The notes under the pieces were generated by a model that had not been told where the DNA came from, searched no databases, and saw nothing but the letters and a program-made list of their open reading frames with translations. Below, piece by piece: positions 1 through 9,320 of a stretch of 32,000 nt of DNA (positions are counted from its first letter, which is position 1; the number at the start of each line of letters is the position of its first letter). Origin of the DNA: Candidatus Harpocratesius repetitus (lineage in GTDB: Archaea; Asgardarchaeota; Lokiarchaeia; Sigyniarchaeales; Promethearchaeaceae). The translations under genes and the position numbers were made by a program. Where the stretch lies: positions 4,286,768-4,318,767 of the forward strand of contig JAIZWK010000001.1 in the NCBI GenBank assembly GCA_021498095.1, read 5' to 3'.

Positions 1-2
1 AC

Positions 3-608
3 TTAAAATTTATTATCGGAGTAATTTTAGCAATTATTGGAGTTATTCTTCTTATTACTGGAAAAGGGCTAACTTTATCACCAGACACAATTAAAGGAGA
101 TCTTCTATCTATAATTGCTTTTATCTCATGGGCGGCGTACAGCTCCTTTTCGAAACCAATATCTGAAAAGATGCCACCTCTATATTCGATTACTTCAATC
201 CTTTTAATAAGTACTGTGATTCTATCAGGATTTGCATTTGGAACAGGATTAACGGATCAAATTTCTCAGTTATCAGAAATTCAATGGGGGATAATGATAT
301 ATTTGGGAATAATTTGCACTGGTTTGGCATATGTTCTTCATCTTGTAGGTGTTGCAGGTGAAAAAGTAAAAACAGAATATGTAGTATACACAGGTTTTAT
401 AATGCCTGTAGTATCTACTATTTACAGTGTTATCTTTTTAGATAAAATATTTACAAATAGAATGCTTCTGGGGGGGATTCTAATTATGTTTTCTGCAGTT
501 ATTGTTCAATATCAAAATCAGAATAAAGAACAATCATCTCAAGAAAATAAAAAGCAATCACCTCAAGAAAATAAAGGACAATCATTATTGATCAATTGGA
601 TCAGATAG
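3..608 (+). CDS. EamA/DMT family transporter, 5'-truncated by the window edge
   Basis: The frame is open from position 3 (LKFIIGVILAIIGVILLITG...GDLLSIIAFISWAAYS...), so the track's ATG at 171 is internal. Hydrophobic helices with EamA-like motifs (GDLL..IA..SWA.Y; LGGILI). Confidence 0.85.
   Translation, partial: LKFIIGVILAIIGVILLITGKGLTLSPDTIKGDLLSIIAFISWAAYSSFSKPISEKMPPLYSITSILLISTVILSGFAFGTGLTDQISQLSEIQWGIMIYLGIICTGLAYVLHLVGVAGEKVKTEYVVYTGFIMPVVSTIYSVIFLDKIFTNRMLLGGILIMFSAVIVQYQNQNKEQSSQENKKQSPQENKGQSLLINWIR
522..584 (+). repeat. 24-bp tandem repeat (about 2.6 copies) encoding NK(E/K/G)QS(S/P)QE
   Basis: aataaagaacaatcatctcaagaa / aataaaaagcaatcacctcaagaa / aataaaggacaatca. Confidence 0.85.
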
Positions 609-1700
609 ATATTTGCTGCAAAACATAAGACCAGGAATTAATTTCTGAACGATTCCAATCATGTGTGGAGATATTTTGCTGGCATAAGAATCATGGAAAA
701 TCTGTAGATCAGCTGATATTCCTTTTTCATGTAGAGTAGTATTAAACTGCTGAATCTGAGCGAGAAAGCCATATTCATCATTTTCTTCACATGTAATTTG
801 TAAAGCACAATTGTGAAAAGCATTAGGATATTTGTGAATCAAACTGTTGAGATCACGTTCCATCCATTTCTCTTTCGCTTTCGAGTTAAAAGATATAATA
901 TTACCGTTTTCATCCCTCTTGATTGATGGAAGAAGTGGAACATCCTTTGAAAAGATAAGATCGGCAGTATCCAAAATATCATCGAGATCTTGTTGACCAA
1001 GCTTAATAGCTTTTCTTTTTCCATAAATACGTTGATAAAAGGGAATGATTTCTTGATGGTTGAACAATTCTAACCATGAAATTGCAGGACTTAAAGCAGC
1101 AATTGCGGAAAAAAGATCAGGTTTCAGAATACCTCCTAATAATGCACCAAATCCCCCCATGGATCCACCAATCAACGCACGTCCACTCTTTTTTGGAATG
1201 GTACGATATGTATGATCAATGTAATTGACTAGATCTTCAAAAATATAGTCTGCATAATTTCCAGTATATGGTGAATTTAAATAGAATGAACCTTTCTTGG
1301 ATATTAAACCATTGAATCCTTTTTCTTTGAAAATATTTTCTATAGGCAGAGATCCATCTGCTTGGACCAAAATAAAAGATTTTAACTGATTAGTATTGAT
1401 TAAATTATCCAACTGCTCCAATGTTGGAAAATTTTTAAAGAATTTTCGCAATATAACTCGATAAATAAATGGATAATGTTTTGGAATTTCTTCTTTTGAA
1501 ATTATGAGCAGATCGTTAATATCTCCCGAATATCCATGAAGTAAATAAATAACTGGATAATATGTTTCTTGGTTATCTTGAGTGAAATATTTAGGAGGAA
1601 GATAGATATGACATTTTTTTAAAGGATTATCTTCTATTGCATTTCCTTCAAGGTGTTTGGCGTAAAATTGATCTACTCGATAACGCTGCGATGAAATCAT
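585..1700 (-). CDS. Alpha/beta hydrolase, putative esterase (Fes/FrmB-like family)
   Basis: YPVIYLLHGYSG motif, nucleophile elbow GGSMGG, C-terminal E/D and His candidates. Overlaps the convergent EamA gene by 24 bp. Confidence 0.85.
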   Translation of the reverse strand: MISSQRYRVDQFYAKHLEGNAIEDNPLKKCHIYLPPKYFTQDNQETYYPVIYLLHGYSGDINDLLIISKEEIPKHYPFIYRVILRKFFKNFPTLEQLDNLINTNQLKSFILVQADGSLPIENIFKEKGFNGLISKKGSFYLNSPYTGNYADYIFEDLVNYIDHTYRTIPKKSGRALIGGSMGGFGALLGGILKPDLFSAIAALSPAISWLELFNHQEIIPFYQRIYGKRKAIKLGQQDLDDILDTADLIFSKDVPLLPSIKRDENGNIISFNSKAKEKWMERDLNSLIHKYPNAFHNCALQITCEENDEYGFLAQIQQFNTTLHEKGISADLQIFHDSYASKISPHMIGIVQKLIPGLMFCSKYLSDPIDQ

Positions 1701-1790
1701 CTTGTTTTAACATAGGAGAAGGGAGTTAAAAAAATTTCTAAAAATGATAAATTATCACAAATATTATAGAGAAAAGAGGAGAAAAAAAGA

Positions 1791-3005
1791 TTATTCTTGC
1801 GGTGGCTTAATCAGGTGAAGAATTTCGATAAAATCATCGGGATACAAGATTTTTGGAACAGGATAAGCAGGATTTCCTTCTTTTGCAGCGCGTTCGGCTA
1901 ATAAAGCAAAATCTTTCTCTTGTAATTCTTTGATATATGTTGGAATTCCCATGTTTTTATTAAGATCTTTCACTTTCTGGATGAAAATTTCTGCACCTTC
2001 TTTAGGAGTAGTGTATGATTTAATCAATCCTCCTGCTACTGCCAATTTAGCTAGTTTCTTATAGGCTTTTTCACCAAATGCTTCCAATACATATGGTAAA
2101 ACAACAGCATTTGCCAATCCGTGAGGTACTCCATATAGACCGCCCAAATTATGTGCAATAGCATGGACATAGCCCACAGATGCTCTGGTAAATGCCACAC
2201 CGGCATAAAAAGCGGCTAATGCCATATTATTTCGAGCTTCGAGATTACTACCATTTTGATATACTTCTTCAATATTCTCAAATATTAATTTTGTGGCTTT
2301 TTCTGCAAACCCCCGGATATATTTCGTACTGTGCCATCCAATTGAAGCTTCGACAGCATGGGTTAAAGCGTCCATCCCTGTAGTAGCAGTTATAAAGGGA
2401 GGGAGCCCAACCATTAATCTTGGATCTAAAACTGCAACGTGAGGAATAATATTTAAATCAACAATTGCAAATTTTTCATGTGTTTTAGGATTACTTACAA
2501 CAGCAGCTGCAGTTGTTTCTGAACCCGTTCCAGCAGTTGTTGGAACTGCATAAAAAGGAGGTAATTTTTTTAAAATTGTAAATTGACCCCGCATTTTTAC
2601 CACTGATTTCTTTGGTTTTACAACCCGACACGCAGCTACTTTTGCACAATCCATAGGAGAACCACCGCCAAAAGCAATAAAACCATCGCATTTCTCCTTA
2701 GTATACATTGAATATGCATTTTCAATATTCTCTATTGTTGGATTTGGTTGAACATCATCAAAAACAGCAAAGTTTACATTATGCGTTGATAATGCAGCTT
2801 TTAATGAATCCAATAATCCTAATTGATGCAAATTGGCATCAGTTACAACTAAAACTTTTTTTAACCCATCAGATTTAACACGTTCGGCTAATTGTTCAAT
2901 TGCATTTTCTCCAGAAATTAAATCGGGGTTGGGAAATTTAATGATTTTTATTGCCCCGAGAAAAATAATATGGCGAATACGATATAAAATAGTAAGAAAT
3001 TTCAT
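1791..3005 (-). CDS. Iron-containing alcohol dehydrogenase
   Basis: GGGSPMD, PTTAGTGSE, GMDALTHAVE, HAIAH...HG metal-ligand motifs. Confidence 0.95.
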   Translation of the reverse strand: MKFLTILYRIRHIIFLGAIKIIKFPNPDLISGENAIEQLAERVKSDGLKKVLVVTDANLHQLGLLDSLKAALSTHNVNFAVFDDVQPNPTIENIENAYSMYTKEKCDGFIAFGGGSPMDCAKVAACRVVKPKKSVVKMRGQFTILKKLPPFYAVPTTAGTGSETTAAAVVSNPKTHEKFAIVDLNIIPHVAVLDPRLMVGLPPFITATTGMDALTHAVEASIGWHSTKYIRGFAEKATKLIFENIEEVYQNGSNLEARNNMALAAFYAGVAFTRASVGYVHAIAHNLGGLYGVPHGLANAVVLPYVLEAFGEKAYKKLAKLAVAGGLIKSYTTPKEGAEIFIQKVKDLNKNMGIPTYIKELQEKDFALLAERAAKEGNPAYPVPKILYPDDFIEILHLIKPPQE

Positions 3006-3129
3006 GATGAATCACTAGATCTTATTGCACGTGAAATATTTAACTTCTTTCTCCCCCTTATGCAAGAGAAAGTAAAAAAGCACTAATAATTAAGTTAAAA
3101 ATTTTTGTAATTATAAAATAAAAAAAGAA

Positions 3130-4680
3130 TTAATATGTTCGGCCAATACGCCAGTATTCAGTGACAGGTTTCATACAATGAGCACAATAGATCTCTTTTT
3201 CCGAAGAAATCGTCTCATTCAACGCGGGGATGTATTCTTCAGGAATTCCCAAGAATTTTAATCCTTCTAAACGTTGTTCCACCGCAGCTGCACAAGATTC
3301 AGATCCACAAAATGGAATTTCTGCAGTCCCTTTTCCTTCATCAATAAAATTCAAAGCTTCTTCTAAGTCATTTGTTCGTAAATTCCAATCACTATGGCGC
3401 TTTTTAGCTGATTTCCACATATCTGATTGAATTAAATTAAGTAATTTTCTTAATTCTTCTACTGCATTATTCTGATGAATAAATATCTTTTCTTTAGTAT
3501 CTCGGCGAACTAAGCACACATTTTCTTTTTGAACGTCTCTTGGTCCAATTTCAACTCGCACAGGAACACCACGCAATTCCCAATGAAAATATTTTCTTCC
3601 AGGACTTATTTCACGTAGATCAATACGAACACGAAATCCCGCTTCTTTTAATGACTTAAATAAGGAATTGGCTGCATCCAATACAGGTTTTTCTTTATTT
3701 TTAAACAAGATAGGAATAATAACCACTTCAATAGGAGCCACTCTCGGAGGAAGTTTTAAGCCGAAATCATCCCCATGAGAAGCAACAAGTGCTGCAATAG
3801 CGCGTTCACTAATTCCATAACAAGTTTGATGGACATATTCTTGTTTTCCTTCCGCAGTTTCATATTTAATATCAAAGGTTTTTCCAAATGTCTGCCCTAA
3901 ATTATGTACGGTACCTATTTGTAAAGCTTTATGTGTGATAGGAAAGATGCAATCAAAAGCGATCGTGTAATTTGCACCTGGAAAGGTATCCCATTTCGGA
4001 CGCTGTGAAATCACATAAGGAACTCCCATTGCATCGAAAAATGATCGGTAACATTGAATAGCTTCTCGAATTTGTTCTTCACATTCTTCAGCAGTAGCAT
4101 GATAAGTATGAGCTTCTTTGAATGTTGTGATCTCTCGAACACGGATCAAAGGACGAGTATTTTTTCCTTCATAACGAAATGTATTCACAATTTGATATGT
4201 TTTTAAGGGTAAATCTTGATGAGAACGGATCCATAGCTGAGCCATGGGATACATTACAGTTTCTGATGTAGGTCGAAGAGCTAACTTTATATCTAATGGT
4301 TTTGTTCCACCATCTTTTACCCAATATACTTCTTCTTCAAACCCTTTTACGGTTTCGGCTTCTTTCATAAATTGTGGTTCGGGGATCAGAAGGGGGAATA
4401 ACATTTCATCATGCGGGACAGGTGTATTGTCTAGTAAATCTCGTATAATTTGAAATGAATATTGTCGGATTTTAAACCCGTAGGGTAACCAAACGCCACA
4501 TCCTTTCAAATTGTATCGGTAATCTATAATTCCAGCATCAAATAATACTTGATTAAACCACTCACTGAAATTCTCAAATGGAGGAAGTCCTTTTTCAATT
4601 TGGTTTTTTTTTGATTGTTTTGTGGCTTTCTTTGTACTTTTCATATTATTTTCTTTTCTTTCAGCTTTTTCAGAAGTCAT
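3130..4680 (-). CDS. proS: Proline--tRNA ligase, archaeal/eukaryotic type
   Basis: [44 protein letters not shown], anticodon-binding domain and C-terminal CxxxxC...CxxC. Start set at ATG 4680 (MTSEK); the track's 54 upstream codons overlap the neighbouring gene and leader. Confidence 0.95.
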   Translation of the reverse strand: MTSEKAERKENNMKSTKKATKQSKKNQIEKGLPPFENFSEWFNQVLFDAGIIDYRYNLKGCGVWLPYGFKIRQYSFQIIRDLLDNTPVPHDEMLFPLLIPEPQFMKEAETVKGFEEEVYWVKDGGTKPLDIKLALRPTSETVMYPMAQLWIRSHQDLPLKTYQIVNTFRYEGKNTRPLIRVREITTFKEAHTYHATAEECEEQIREAIQCYRSFFDAMGVPYVISQRPKWDTFPGANYTIAFDCIFPITHKALQIGTVHNLGQTFGKTFDIKYETAEGKQEYVHQTCYGISERAIAALVASHGDDFGLKLPPRVAPIEVVIIPILFKNKEKPVLDAANSLFKSLKEAGFRVRIDLREISPGRKYFHWELRGVPVRVEIGPRDVQKENVCLVRRDTKEKIFIHQNNAVEELRKLLNLIQSDMWKSAKKRHSDWNLRTNDLEEALNFIDEGKGTAEIPFCGSESCAAAVEQRLEGLKFLGIPEEYIPALNETISSEKEIYCAHCMKPVTEYWRIGRTY

Positions 4681-4705
4681 GATGTTTCCCCAATGAAATC
4701 GAAAG

Positions 4706-4744
4706 ATACGTCCCGAATAAGATCGCTCATATAACAGAACGTAT
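4706..4744 (-). promoter_or_regulatory. Hairpin in the proS 5' leader
   Basis: mRNA strand AUACGUUCUG...AUGAG-CGAU-CUUAU...CGGGACGUAU: 10-bp outer plus 5-bp inner stem with three G-U pairs, 25 nt upstream of the ATG. Confidence 0.45.
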
Positions 4745-4810
4745 GTTAAAAAATTACGCATATTTGAAAAAATTATCTGTAAAAATAATGAAATAAAAAG
4801 CTTTAAAATA

Positions 4811-5326
4811 TTATAATTGGATAATCCGAGGGTTAATTTCATCTTTAGTTAATTCTAAAAGTCCAAAAGAACCCCGATTTTTGCATGCACCCGGATTAAA
4901 AAACCATTTTTTTCCTCTCTGTGTTATTAAATGTCGATGTGTATGTCCAAACACAATTAAATCGTATTGGCTTAAATCAAATCTTGATTTTATTCGACCG
5001 ATCATATTGATCGGTGCACCCCAACCATGGAGAAGAAGGATTCTATGATTCATTAGAATAATTTCTTTTTTAGCAGGAAGTATTTTTTGTAATTGTGAAT
5101 CCATTGCATCCATATTTCCATGGACAGCAATCACTCGATCCTCACCATATTTATCAATTAGGATTTGATATACGCCCACATTAGTGAAATCTCCCAAATG
5201 AAAAAGATAGTCAATATGAAAATTATTAAATTCCGCCAAGGCCGATTCTAATGCGTTGGAAATCTCATTTGATGAAGAAATATGCGTATCAGAAAGCACA
5301 CCTACAAGTATCTTATCAGCTTCCAT
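4811..5326 (-). CDS. Metallophosphoesterase, YfcE/MJ0936/Vps29 family
   Basis: SDTH, GDF, GNMD, LHG, GHTH and FNPG calcineurin-like motifs; 171 aa. Confidence 0.92.
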   Translation of the reverse strand: MEADKILVGVLSDTHISSSNEISNALESALAEFNNFHIDYLFHLGDFTNVGVYQILIDKYGEDRVIAVHGNMDAMDSQLQKILPAKKEIILMNHRILLLHGWGAPINMIGRIKSRFDLSQYDLIVFGHTHRHLITQRGKKWFFNPGACKNRGSFGLLELTKDEINPRIIQL

Positions 5327-5445
5327 GTAATTTCATCAGTACTCACTATCACTAAGAAATTATATAAAAGTTAAGATTTTTGCAGATCTAAGCAATTTTT
5401 AAATAATAGATAAATCGTAATTAAAAAAAATAGCACAATTTTATT

Positions 5446-5734
5446 GAGGTTATAGCAGAATTCGAAAAATTGAAGAAAATTCGGAAATCTTGCATCATTT
5501 ATCCATAAACTCCAAATCTATCCCAATTTTAAAATTGTCGAAAAATCGTTTAAGAAAAATATATATAATTAAGTCAATAATTCAAGGAAAAATGATGGAA
5601 ATGTGAAATTCTTGACCGCATTTAAGGGTTTAAAAGTGCCAACTCAAATAGTAATTGGATGCGCAGGAGTATTGTCGAAAATATTGGCCCAAAAGATAGA
5701 ATTTGATTAAGATAAAAAAAATTGCTAGAGCCTC
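5446..5734. mobile_element. MITE-like element, copy 1 (289 bp), inverted relative to copies 2 and 3
   Basis: Ends GAGGTTATAGCA...TGCTAGAGCCTC (10/12 inverted match). Flanked by TATT (5442-5445 and 5735-5738). About 96% identical to the reverse complement of 15288-15576 (about 12 mismatches, hand count). Confidence 0.9.
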
Positions 5735-5847
5735 TATTGAATTATTTTTATTTATTAATGATTTGAAGAAAGTTAAATTCTTAAATTATTTATAGAGTAT
5801 ATTACAATAATATAATCATATAAAAATTAATTGGAGACTTACAAAAG

Positions 5848-7119
5848 ATGTTTTTTATTCAAAATATTAACCATGAATTTACAACAATTGAAGTTATCGT
5901 CATGGTTTTGTACGGTGCCTTTATACTTCTCTTAACATTATTTGGTAGTGATCTTTTAGCAAGATACATTCGAGCAGATAAAAGGACTCGTGGCGACGCA
6001 GCCTATATGATCTTCTTTATTATTTCATGTGCAATGTTGGGATATGGGTTGTATCTATTTCCTGCTTTCATCAACTATTTTCTACAAAAGGATTTTGAAG
6101 CGCAAGATCTAAACTTAAAATGGATCCCAGCATTCCAGTATGTTATCATGTTATCTATTATAGTCTCGATTGGATATGTATGTTTATTGATTTTATTAAA
6201 AAATAAAAAAGTCATTTTATATTCAATCAGTCTTTTTGGAATTCTCACAGTATTGTACATGTTTATTTGGATGGTTTTATGCGCAATTGATCCAGAAAAT
6301 ATTCGGTATGTTGTGATTAGTAGCCCAACAATGATTCCGGTAATTTTAGTCATTTTTGGATTTGGTATTATTGATTTCCTAGGTATTGTATATATTTTAG
6401 TTGTAAAACTATCACCACAACGAGAAGTCCGGCGTCGAGTACTATTTGGAATTTTTGGAATTATAATCGCAGGTGTGGGTGGATTTATTGAAATTTCGAT
6501 TCGAAAGATGTCAAATTATGATCAGCAATGGTGGTATGTTTACGGAACACTGATTGAACTCTTTGGTTTTCTCATCATGCGCTATTTCTTCTTATCTATT
6601 CCATCATATGATGAATTTTCATGGAAATCCGGTATGAAAGAACTCCATGTAATCATAGCTGAAACAGGAATTTCTCTATTTTATCAATCTTTTGCAGAAA
6701 TTGTCGCTTCTGAATTGCATGGTGATATTAAGGTTACTGCAACAATTCCCGAAGATGAGAATAGACCGAATACAGACTTAGTTGCAGGTGGTCTGGTAGG
6801 AATTAAAGGAATGCTTTCAGAAATTTCAGGAGACAGGGGAAAATTAGAAAATATTGAAATCGGGGAAAAATCATTAATATTTAAGCAAGGAAAAGTAGTT
6901 CTTTGTCTTTTATTAGCCGATGAAAATCTAGGAGTATATCACAGTATTTTGGAAGAATTGGTTGAAAAAATCGAATTGTCCCATCCAGATTTGGCAAATT
7001 TCAATGGTGATACTCGAAAATTACATATTCAACCGATTGTGGAAGAAGTTTTTGATATCAAACCAAAGAAAAAGAAACAGATAAAGAATAATCAAGTTTC
7101 AGAAGAGCAAAAAGTATAA
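5848..7119 (+). CDS. Seven-TM membrane protein with C-terminal longin/roadblock-like domain
   Basis: Seven hydrophobic segments in aa ~12-250, then a soluble domain from about nt 6634 (ELHVIIAETGISLF...DLVAGGLVGIKGMLSEI...IEIGEKSLIFKQG...LCLLLAD...ILEELVEKIE) with the beta-beta-alpha-beta-beta-beta-alpha pattern of longin-like folds. The domain call is by eye. Confidence 0.6.
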   Translation: MFFIQNINHEFTTIEVIVMVLYGAFILLLTLFGSDLLARYIRADKRTRGDAAYMIFFIISCAMLGYGLYLFPAFINYFLQKDFEAQDLNLKWIPAFQYVIMLSIIVSIGYVCLLILLKNKKVILYSISLFGILTVLYMFIWMVLCAIDPENIRYVVISSPTMIPVILVIFGFGIIDFLGIVYILVVKLSPQREVRRRVLFGIFGIIIAGVGGFIEISIRKMSNYDQQWWYVYGTLIELFGFLIMRYFFLSIPSYDEFSWKSGMKELHVIIAETGISLFYQSFAEIVASELHGDIKVTATIPEDENRPNTDLVAGGLVGIKGMLSEISGDRGKLENIEIGEKSLIFKQGKVVLCLLLADENLGVYHSILEELVEKIELSHPDLANFNGDTRKLHIQPIVEEVFDIKPKKKKQIKNNQVSEEQKV

Positions 7120-7125
7120 TTGATC

Positions 7126-7133
7126 TTTTTTTT
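7126..7133 (+). terminator. Oligo-T tract, probable archaeal terminator
   Basis: T8 run starting 7 nt after the stop codon, followed by T-rich sequence, between convergent genes. Confidence 0.45.
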
Positions 7134-7300
7134 CTATTAATTTTTTCTATTGATTATCTCCTTATTTTCATTCTAATTTTTCATTTTCATTTGATTTACT
7201 TGATTTTACTTTGGTATTTACTGAAATTAAATGAAAATCTTAATCTCTCTAAAAATACCTAAAAAAACAAAAAAATAATCCATATTTCAAAGATTAAAAT

Positions 7301-7687
7301 TTATAAAAGTTGTAAAATTCTCAGAGCAAGAAAAGCTGCATTTTTTCCGTTGTCTATTCCCACACACGCAACCGGAACTCCTGGTGGCATTTGTGCTATA
7401 GATAACAAAGCATCTAACCCACCTAATTTCGCACTTACTGGAACACCGATTACAGGTTTATCTGTTTTTGAAGCTACAACTCCTGGAAGTGCAGCAGATA
7501 ATCCTGCTACACAAATAAAAACTTTGGCATCAGTTGATCGAACGTATTCAGCTAATTCATCAGGATTTCGATGAGCAGATAGAATTTTCAATTCATGATC
7601 TATATTCTTTTCTTCCAGCACAGATAAAGCTTTTCTGTAAATTTTTTCATCTGAAGTGGAACCAGCAATTACAGACACTAAAACCAT
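7301..7687 (-). CDS. purE: AIR carboxylase / N5-CAIR mutase (short form)
   Basis: [46 protein letters not shown] motifs. Confidence 0.95.
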   Translation of the reverse strand: MVLVSVIAGSTSDEKIYRKALSVLEEKNIDHELKILSAHRNPDELAEYVRSTDAKVFICVAGLSAALPGVVASKTDKPVIGVPVSAKLGGLDALLSIAQMPPGVPVACVGIDNGKNAAFLALRILQLL

Positions 7688-7859
7688 AGGAAAATTAAAT
7701 TATCATCAAAAAAAAAATTACTGATATATTATTAAAATCTCTTGATAAAAAGATACATTTCACACTATTTTAGAAGAAGAAAAATTACAAAAAAATGGAA
7801 GATGAAAAATAAATAATTATGTATTTAATAATTTAAAATTAAAATTACGCTAGTTAACG

Positions 7860-8657
7860 TTAGTTAAAATCGCGCAGTGAAAACTTATGCCCCATACTCC
7901 ACAGCATTTTGAAATATGTCTTGCTGTAGTTGATTAATCGACTTTCTTGAATAAGAAACACCATATTTTCATCTTTAATTGCAATTTTTAAAAAAGACGT
8001 TAGAAAGATAATCATTTCTGTTTGATCAAATAAAATTGCGTCAAATAATACATGTTTTACCATCTGAACCTTTGCAATTGACACCAATTTTCGCCAAACA
8101 TTCTTATTTTTTATATTAAAATGAGTTTCATCCACGATAACATTGATCTCTACTTTTTTCTCAGATAAATCCAAGAAAATATCAAAATACTCCGACAACA
8201 TTTCTTCATTAGGATTTTTCAAGAAGATGGTAAGATCTTTTGAAGTTCCTCGAATCATTTCTTCAACTTTTTGGAAGATTTGACCGTTTAAAATCCAAAT
8301 GGGTGTTGATTCAACTGTTTCTTCAGCCCCATATAATGGTTCAAGTTTCTCTAGCAAAGCAGACTCTATACGCTGGTATTTTTCCTCTAATTCCTTTTTC
8401 GCCAATCTGGCTACAAACGCAGGGCGTTCAGCTTTATATTTCATCGGTCGACCACTAATTACTTTTACCCATTGCTGGGTTTCTAAATTAACTAGCACAT
8501 CATAAATTCGACTATAAGGAATGGAAGTCCGATCGCTTAATTCTTTCGCAGAACTGACTCCGTTTGTAATGAGGGCTACGAATGCTCGAGTTTCATAATC
8601 CGTTAAACCATATTCTTTTAATGCCGCATATACTTCTTGGGAGATATTTGTTTTCAT
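7860..8657 (-). CDS. TrmB family transcriptional regulator
   Basis: LKEYGLTDYETRAFVAL...SAKELS...IPYSRIYDVLVNL...GRPMKY wHTH, followed by a PLD-like effector domain. Start taken as ATG 8657 (MKTNIS); the track starts at 8693. Confidence 0.9.
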   Translation of the reverse strand: MKTNISQEVYAALKEYGLTDYETRAFVALITNGVSSAKELSDRTSIPYSRIYDVLVNLETQQWVKVISGRPMKYKAERPAFVARLAKKELEEKYQRIESALLEKLEPLYGAEETVESTPIWILNGQIFQKVEEMIRGTSKDLTIFLKNPNEEMLSEYFDIFLDLSEKKVEINVIVDETHFNIKNKNVWRKLVSIAKVQMVKHVLFDAILFDQTEMIIFLTSFLKIAIKDENMVFLIQESRLINYSKTYFKMLWSMGHKFSLRDFN

Positions 8658-8842
8658 GCACATGCCCCGCAGATAAATGTACTCAAAGTCCAACTAACTA
8701 ACTTACCCACTTACTACACTCTCATTAAGCTGAGAAAATAATTAACTCTTTCATTTTTATTAAATAATTATCTAGATAGCATAATTTCAATATTTATAAA
8801 AATTTACATAGATTTTAATGCATATAATGTCATTGAATCGAT

Positions 8843-9265
8843 ATGACAGGTCAATTTCACGATCAATTTAATTACAATGGAAAGAGTATGAAATTAGTGG
8901 GAATTGATAGAACAGGATTATTTAATATCGATGATTGTGCATTAGTTCCATTTTCAACATGTAAAGCTTGCTGGCGAGGCTTTTTATGTATATATAATAT
9001 AAAAAACAACCTCCTTTTTCTAACAGGTTTGTGGATTAACTTATATGACCCTTTACCAATCCAAGGTCAAATGCTTTAATCAGAACATTCACTTTTCTTA
9101 TACGAATATAATAACTTAAATATCCTAATCAAATTTTCAGGAACAATTCTTTTAGCAGATAAAATGATTTCTTCTGAATATATCCAAATGGGATTTCAAG
9201 ATTCAACTACTTTTGAGATAGGAATAAAATTAAAGTTCAATAAAGAAAAATCAGTTAATGATTAG
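8843..9265 (+). pseudogene. Conserved hypothetical gene interrupted by an in-frame TAA at 9077-9079
   Basis: The same frame continues after the TAA for 61 codons (SEHSLFLYEYNNLNILIKFSGTILLADKMISSEYIQMGFQDSTTFE...) to TAG 9263-9265. The two halves recall one uncharacterised family (ST..CWRG(Y/F)...F(S/T)G.IL...Y(I/V)xMGF); the family is recalled, not searched. Confidence 0.7.
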
Positions 9266-9320
9266 AAGAAAAAAGAGATAAGAGATAAAATAAAAAATAA
9301 AATTTGAAGAAAAAAAAACC

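Noticed and set aside
4681-4842. 54-codon N-terminal extension of ProRS in the track
   Set aside because: It overlaps the upstream gene's stop and the AT-rich leader and has no ProRS similarity; ATG 4680 has an upstream GGGG SD-like sequence.
5448-5710. Two open frames (about 52 and 45 codons) inside the MITE that could be joined by a -1 frameshift
   Set aside because: No proper start, differences between copies 1 and 2 are mostly non-synonymous, and copy 3 has stops in the second frame.
9077-9079. Selenocysteine or pyrrolysine recoding of the internal stop
   Set aside because: The codon is TAA, not TGA or TAG.
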